From assembly GCA_029881495.1 (NCBI GenBank), contig JAOUMJ010000005.1, forward strand, positions 9,042 to 73,041: DNA of 64,000 nt. Direction: 5' to 3'. Source of the stretch: Nitrospinota bacterium (GTDB taxonomy: Bacteria > Nitrospinota_A > UBA7883 > JACRGQ01). Shown here one piece after another: positions 61,142 through 64,000 of this stretch (positions within the stretch are counted from its first letter, which is position 1; each line of letters opens with the position of its first letter). Below the pieces are notes generated by a model, which was not told the origin of the DNA, made no database searches, and saw nothing but the letters and a program-made list of their open reading frames with translations. The position numbers were made by a program, and so were the translations under genes.

Positions 61142-62404
61142 ATGGACAAAAAAAATATAATCACTGCGTTTATCGCGTTGGCCTTGGGTTTATCAGGGGG
61201 ATACCTTCTCAGAGGCGAAGGCTCCGGAATATCAAGCCGCGATGCGGCTCGGAATTCCGGCGCAGGCATGGCAGAAAAGGTAATACAGGAACCTCAAAAA
61301 CCCGCGGTATCCTCCCTTCCAAAACGGGTGGCAAACGGCGTGAACATATCGGATAACTACGGCAGTTCCATAGCTCCGGCAATAGCGATAGACAAATCTG
61401 GCAATACATACGCCGGATGGGTGGAAACATCCATCGCTAAAAGCGAAATCACCATAAAAAAGAAAAAACCGGGTTCGGACTTGTGGGAACCCGTGAATAC
61501 GGAAGGGCTTTACGGCGGAAGGATCATGTCGCTGGCGATGGCCGCCGATTCAAAAGGGGCGGTTCATATCGCCTTCAGGGGGAAACCGGAGGGGGAGGAA
61601 GAGGGCTACTACGCCTATTACGCGAAACTGGATGAAAGCGGGTGGTCCCGGCCGAAGAACCTCTCGGAAGGGCTCGACAACGTCTATCCTCCTACGCTTG
61701 TGCTGGACGGTGATGAAAACATCCATGTTGCGTGGAACGTCTATTTTGGCCATAACGCGGCGATCTATTATCTCCTGAACGAAGGGGGGAAATGGGGGAA
61801 ACGCGAGCCCCTCTCGAAGAAAAATAATGCGAGCGATTGGCTCCCTTCGCTGTTCGTCGACAAAAACAGAGTGGTTCATATAGTTTACCACCATTCCGCC
61901 ACAGAGCAAGGGATCGAATACAGGCATAAGGGGAAAGACGGGAAATGGAGCGAACCGGTCAATATCGCCGCCGGAACGAAATTCACCGCGCTTGGCCGGG
62001 TTGTAATGGACGGGAAAGGCGTTCTTCACGCTTTCTTTCTCTCGAATACCGGCAATGGGGAAGATATTTTTTACACTTCCAGGGAAAACGGCAAATGGAC
62101 GGAGGCGGCCGCCATCACATCTACGGGTAAAAGATCAAATGTTGAAAAAGTTCTTCTGGACTCAAAGGGGCGGTTGCACCTGTTCTGGAACGAAATGAGC
62201 GGGGTTGACAACTACGATATCTATTACATTAGCGGCGAAAATGGAAAATGGTCGGATGTAGTTAAACTTGTCGAGACGGAAGCGAATTCCCTCGGCTACG
62301 AGATAGCGCTGACCGACAGCGATAAAATAGGGCTTGTCTGGCAGGAGGGAACAAGAAATGACTCTGACATCTTTTATGCTGAAATCGGGAACGGCGGGAA
62401 TTGA
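61142..62404 (+). CDS. Membrane-anchored repeat protein (beta-propeller-like, BNR/sialidase-like by eye)
   Basis: N-terminal TM ITAFIALALGLSGGYLL. About 6 repeats of the ...G..H(I/V)(A/V)(W/F/Y)......I(Y/F)Y......G.W type. Confidence 0.5.
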   Translation: MDKKNIITAFIALALGLSGGYLLRGEGSGISSRDAARNSGAGMAEKVIQEPQKPAVSSLPKRVANGVNISDNYGSSIAPAIAIDKSGNTYAGWVETSIAKSEITIKKKKPGSDLWEPVNTEGLYGGRIMSLAMAADSKGAVHIAFRGKPEGEEEGYYAYYAKLDESGWSRPKNLSEGLDNVYPPTLVLDGDENIHVAWNVYFGHNAAIYYLLNEGGKWGKREPLSKKNNASDWLPSLFVDKNRVVHIVYHHSATEQGIEYRHKGKDGKWSEPVNIAAGTKFTALGRVVMDGKGVLHAFFLSNTGNGEDIFYTSRENGKWTEAAAITSTGKRSNVEKVLLDSKGRLHLFWNEMSGVDNYDIYYISGENGKWSDVVKLVETEANSLGYEIALTDSDKIGLVWQEGTRNDSDIFYAEIGNGGN

Positions 62405-62408
62405 AAAA

Positions 62409-63707
62409 ATGAGAAATCAAATTATATTGGCGATGCTGACCCTCACACTCTCCCTTTTTTCCTGTGGAGTCAACGACAACAGGAACAAAACGGACGTGAC
62501 GACAGATACAAATACCGATACAGGTACAGGAACCGATACAGGTACACAGACAGATACAAACAGCGACACGCCGGAAAAATGTAACGAGGACAATTCCGCG
62601 GTCATGGAAGGGACTCACCCGCATGTGAATTTCAAATGGAAGTTTGAAACAGGGCTGTGGAAAATAAATTATCCCCCAATCGTGATGGGGAACCAGGTTT
62701 TTGCGGTTTCCGAAAACAATACGCTGTATGCACTGGACAGGACGACAGGGAGCCTGAACTGGTCGTTTCAAGTTCCGGGTACTATCACAAAGGAACCCGA
62801 CTTCCCGAAAAGCCTGATAGTCAATCCGACTGACGGTATTTTGTATATAGCGGGCCCGGTATACAAATATTACGCGCTAAATGCGGCGGACGGCTCGATC
62901 CGTTGGGAAAAATCGCTGACCACAGGCTTGCAGTACAAAGTTCGCATGCCACTTCTCAAGGACGGAACACTCTATATCCCGGAGGCGTATTCATGGATAT
63001 TACGGGATAGAAAAGCGGTTCTCCACGCCGTGGACGCCGTAACCGGCGTGACAAAATGGACTTATACATCAGATAACTACTGGCTGGGTACTCCCAGTAT
63101 AGAAGGGGCGAAATTGTATCTTGCCGGTATTTGGGACGGGCCGCCGAACGAAGATAACGAAGGGCATAAATTGTGGGCATATGGGCTGGATCTGGCCTCC
63201 TGCCAGGTGGGGAACTGCATCGTCGACTGGACGTTTCACTCTGGCGATGGGCGGGTGAAAACGCTTTATTCCAATGGCGGTATTACAAGCTACCTCGGCT
63301 ATGAGGATTACGTCGTCGGCATACGCCAAACTGACGGGGTGGAAGCATGGAGGTTTTACACAGGCAACTGGTCGCATGAATTCGCCGGCGCGGGAGATGA
63401 AATTTATGTCGGCTCGGCAAACAACAGGGTCTACAGGATAGACAACCAGACCGGAGTGAAAGTCTGGGAATACCGGACAGGATGCAAGCCGATGAACTAC
63501 AACACGCAGTCCCCGGTGGTTGTCGGAGATGTAGTATATGCGTTTTTGTTAGGTACCCATAATATTATCGCAATCGACAGGGCGACGGGGGCTTTCCTCT
63601 GGAACGCGCCGCTCGGGATCGAATCCGGCGGTAAGCCGAACTTCGACGGCAACATGATCTTCATGGGTGACGTGAATGGAACCGTCTGGGCCTACGACTT
63701 CAAGTAG
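62409..63707 (+). CDS. PQQ-like (BamB-type) beta-propeller lipoprotein
   Basis: LSLFSCG lipobox and a (T-D/G-T)n linker. Repeats: LYALDRTTGSLNWSF, YALNAADGSIRWEK, LHAVDAVTGVTKWTY, VYRIDNQTGVKVWEY, IIAIDRATGAFLWNA. Start moved from 62334. Confidence 0.8.
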   Translation: MRNQIILAMLTLTLSLFSCGVNDNRNKTDVTTDTNTDTGTGTDTGTQTDTNSDTPEKCNEDNSAVMEGTHPHVNFKWKFETGLWKINYPPIVMGNQVFAVSENNTLYALDRTTGSLNWSFQVPGTITKEPDFPKSLIVNPTDGILYIAGPVYKYYALNAADGSIRWEKSLTTGLQYKVRMPLLKDGTLYIPEAYSWILRDRKAVLHAVDAVTGVTKWTYTSDNYWLGTPSIEGAKLYLAGIWDGPPNEDNEGHKLWAYGLDLASCQVGNCIVDWTFHSGDGRVKTLYSNGGITSYLGYEDYVVGIRQTDGVEAWRFYTGNWSHEFAGAGDEIYVGSANNRVYRIDNQTGVKVWEYRTGCKPMNYNTQSPVVVGDVVYAFLLGTHNIIAIDRATGAFLWNAPLGIESGGKPNFDGNMIFMGDVNGTVWAYDFK

Positions 63708-63890
63708 GTTTTTTTGGAAACCGCTGGAAGCTCTCTCCTTCATTTCGGAAGAGGGCTTTCAGCGGAATCCCGAAGTTCATCCCGCTATTTGTACCAATGG
63801 CTAAACGAAATGTGCATTCCCCGTCCATATATGTATCCCGGAGCATGCAGAGACCTTTAAAGGGCTGACGCTCTTCTGTATACTCAGCGG

Positions 63891-64000
63891 ATGCCTCCAC
63901 TGATATCCATTATCATCCCCGCGCGTAACGCCGAAGCTACGCTGGCCGTATGCCTTGAAGAGTTAATCGCGGATGACCGCCAAGAGATTGAGCACCACCC
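63891..64000 (+). CDS. Glycosyltransferase family 2, N-terminal fragment (runs off the window)
   Basis: Own translation: MPPLISIIIPARNAEATLAVCLEELIADDRQEIEHH, a typical GT2 start. Confidence 0.6.
   Translation, partial: MPPLISIIIPARNAEATLAVCLEELIADDRQEIEHH

Noticed and set aside
63700-63900. The 66-aa minus-strand ORF between the PQQ-propeller gene and the GT2 gene
   Set aside because: It is short, has no SD, and occupies what looks like the intergenic/promoter region of the downstream glycosyltransferase gene.

Overview
The window holds one complete, temperate, lambda-like tailed prophage of about 43.2 kb (657-43883). It is inserted into the 3' end of a tRNA-Pro(UGG) gene. A short piece of host DNA lies to the left (1-656, a TPR-type lipoprotein gene) and about 20 kb of host chromosome lies to the right. 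Prophage limits are set by a 34-bp direct repeat (657-690 and 43850-43883), which duplicates the tRNA 3' end. A 22-bp arm-type repeat lies just inside each end. Prophage gene order: integrase; an accessory/lysogeny block; then a long plus-strand early/replication operon. The accessory block holds an Arm-DBD/GIY-YIG protein, an orphan receiver-domain protein, an XRE cassette, HicB/HicA-like genes and a CI-like repressor. The early operon holds a pentapeptide-repeat protein, VRR-NUC, DUF3310, ThyX, DUF5131, a C5-methyltransferase, DUF1376 and DnaC-like replication genes, and many CxxC mini-proteins. After it come a DHH phosphoesterase, a lysis cassette, lambda-type packaging and head genes (Nu1/A/W/B/C-like plus a Mu gpT-like capsid), and tail genes with a classic -1 frameshift chaperone, a tape measure and a J-like protein. 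Two minus-strand cargo genes (a DUF1566 lipoprotein and an HsdR_N-type nuclease) sit at the far end. Host genes are trmJ-like, hemW, two sigma54 activators, pgi, a glutaredoxin, accA and an MtrA/MtrB-type porin-cytochrome cluster with an octahaem surface lipoprotein and associated exported proteins. The most unusual observations are these. (1) The methyltransferase locus carries two co-directional reading frames of more than 400 codons, with conserved motifs split between them and slippage-prone sequence at both junctions. (2) A 28-bp palindromic REP-like element occurs 7 times, only in the accessory/early part of the phage (2.8-20.7 kb), with compensatory stem changes, and is often translated as the C-terminal tail of a gene. 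(3) There is a fusion of an integrase-type arm-binding domain to a GIY-YIG nuclease, next to an orphan response-regulator receiver. (4) Candidate anti-defence and defence cargo is present (pentapeptide protein, DHH/DHHA1 phosphoesterase, HicBA, nuclease, lipoprotein). No rRNA genes, CRISPR arrays or transposases were seen. All functional calls rest on motif recognition by eye, not on database searches.
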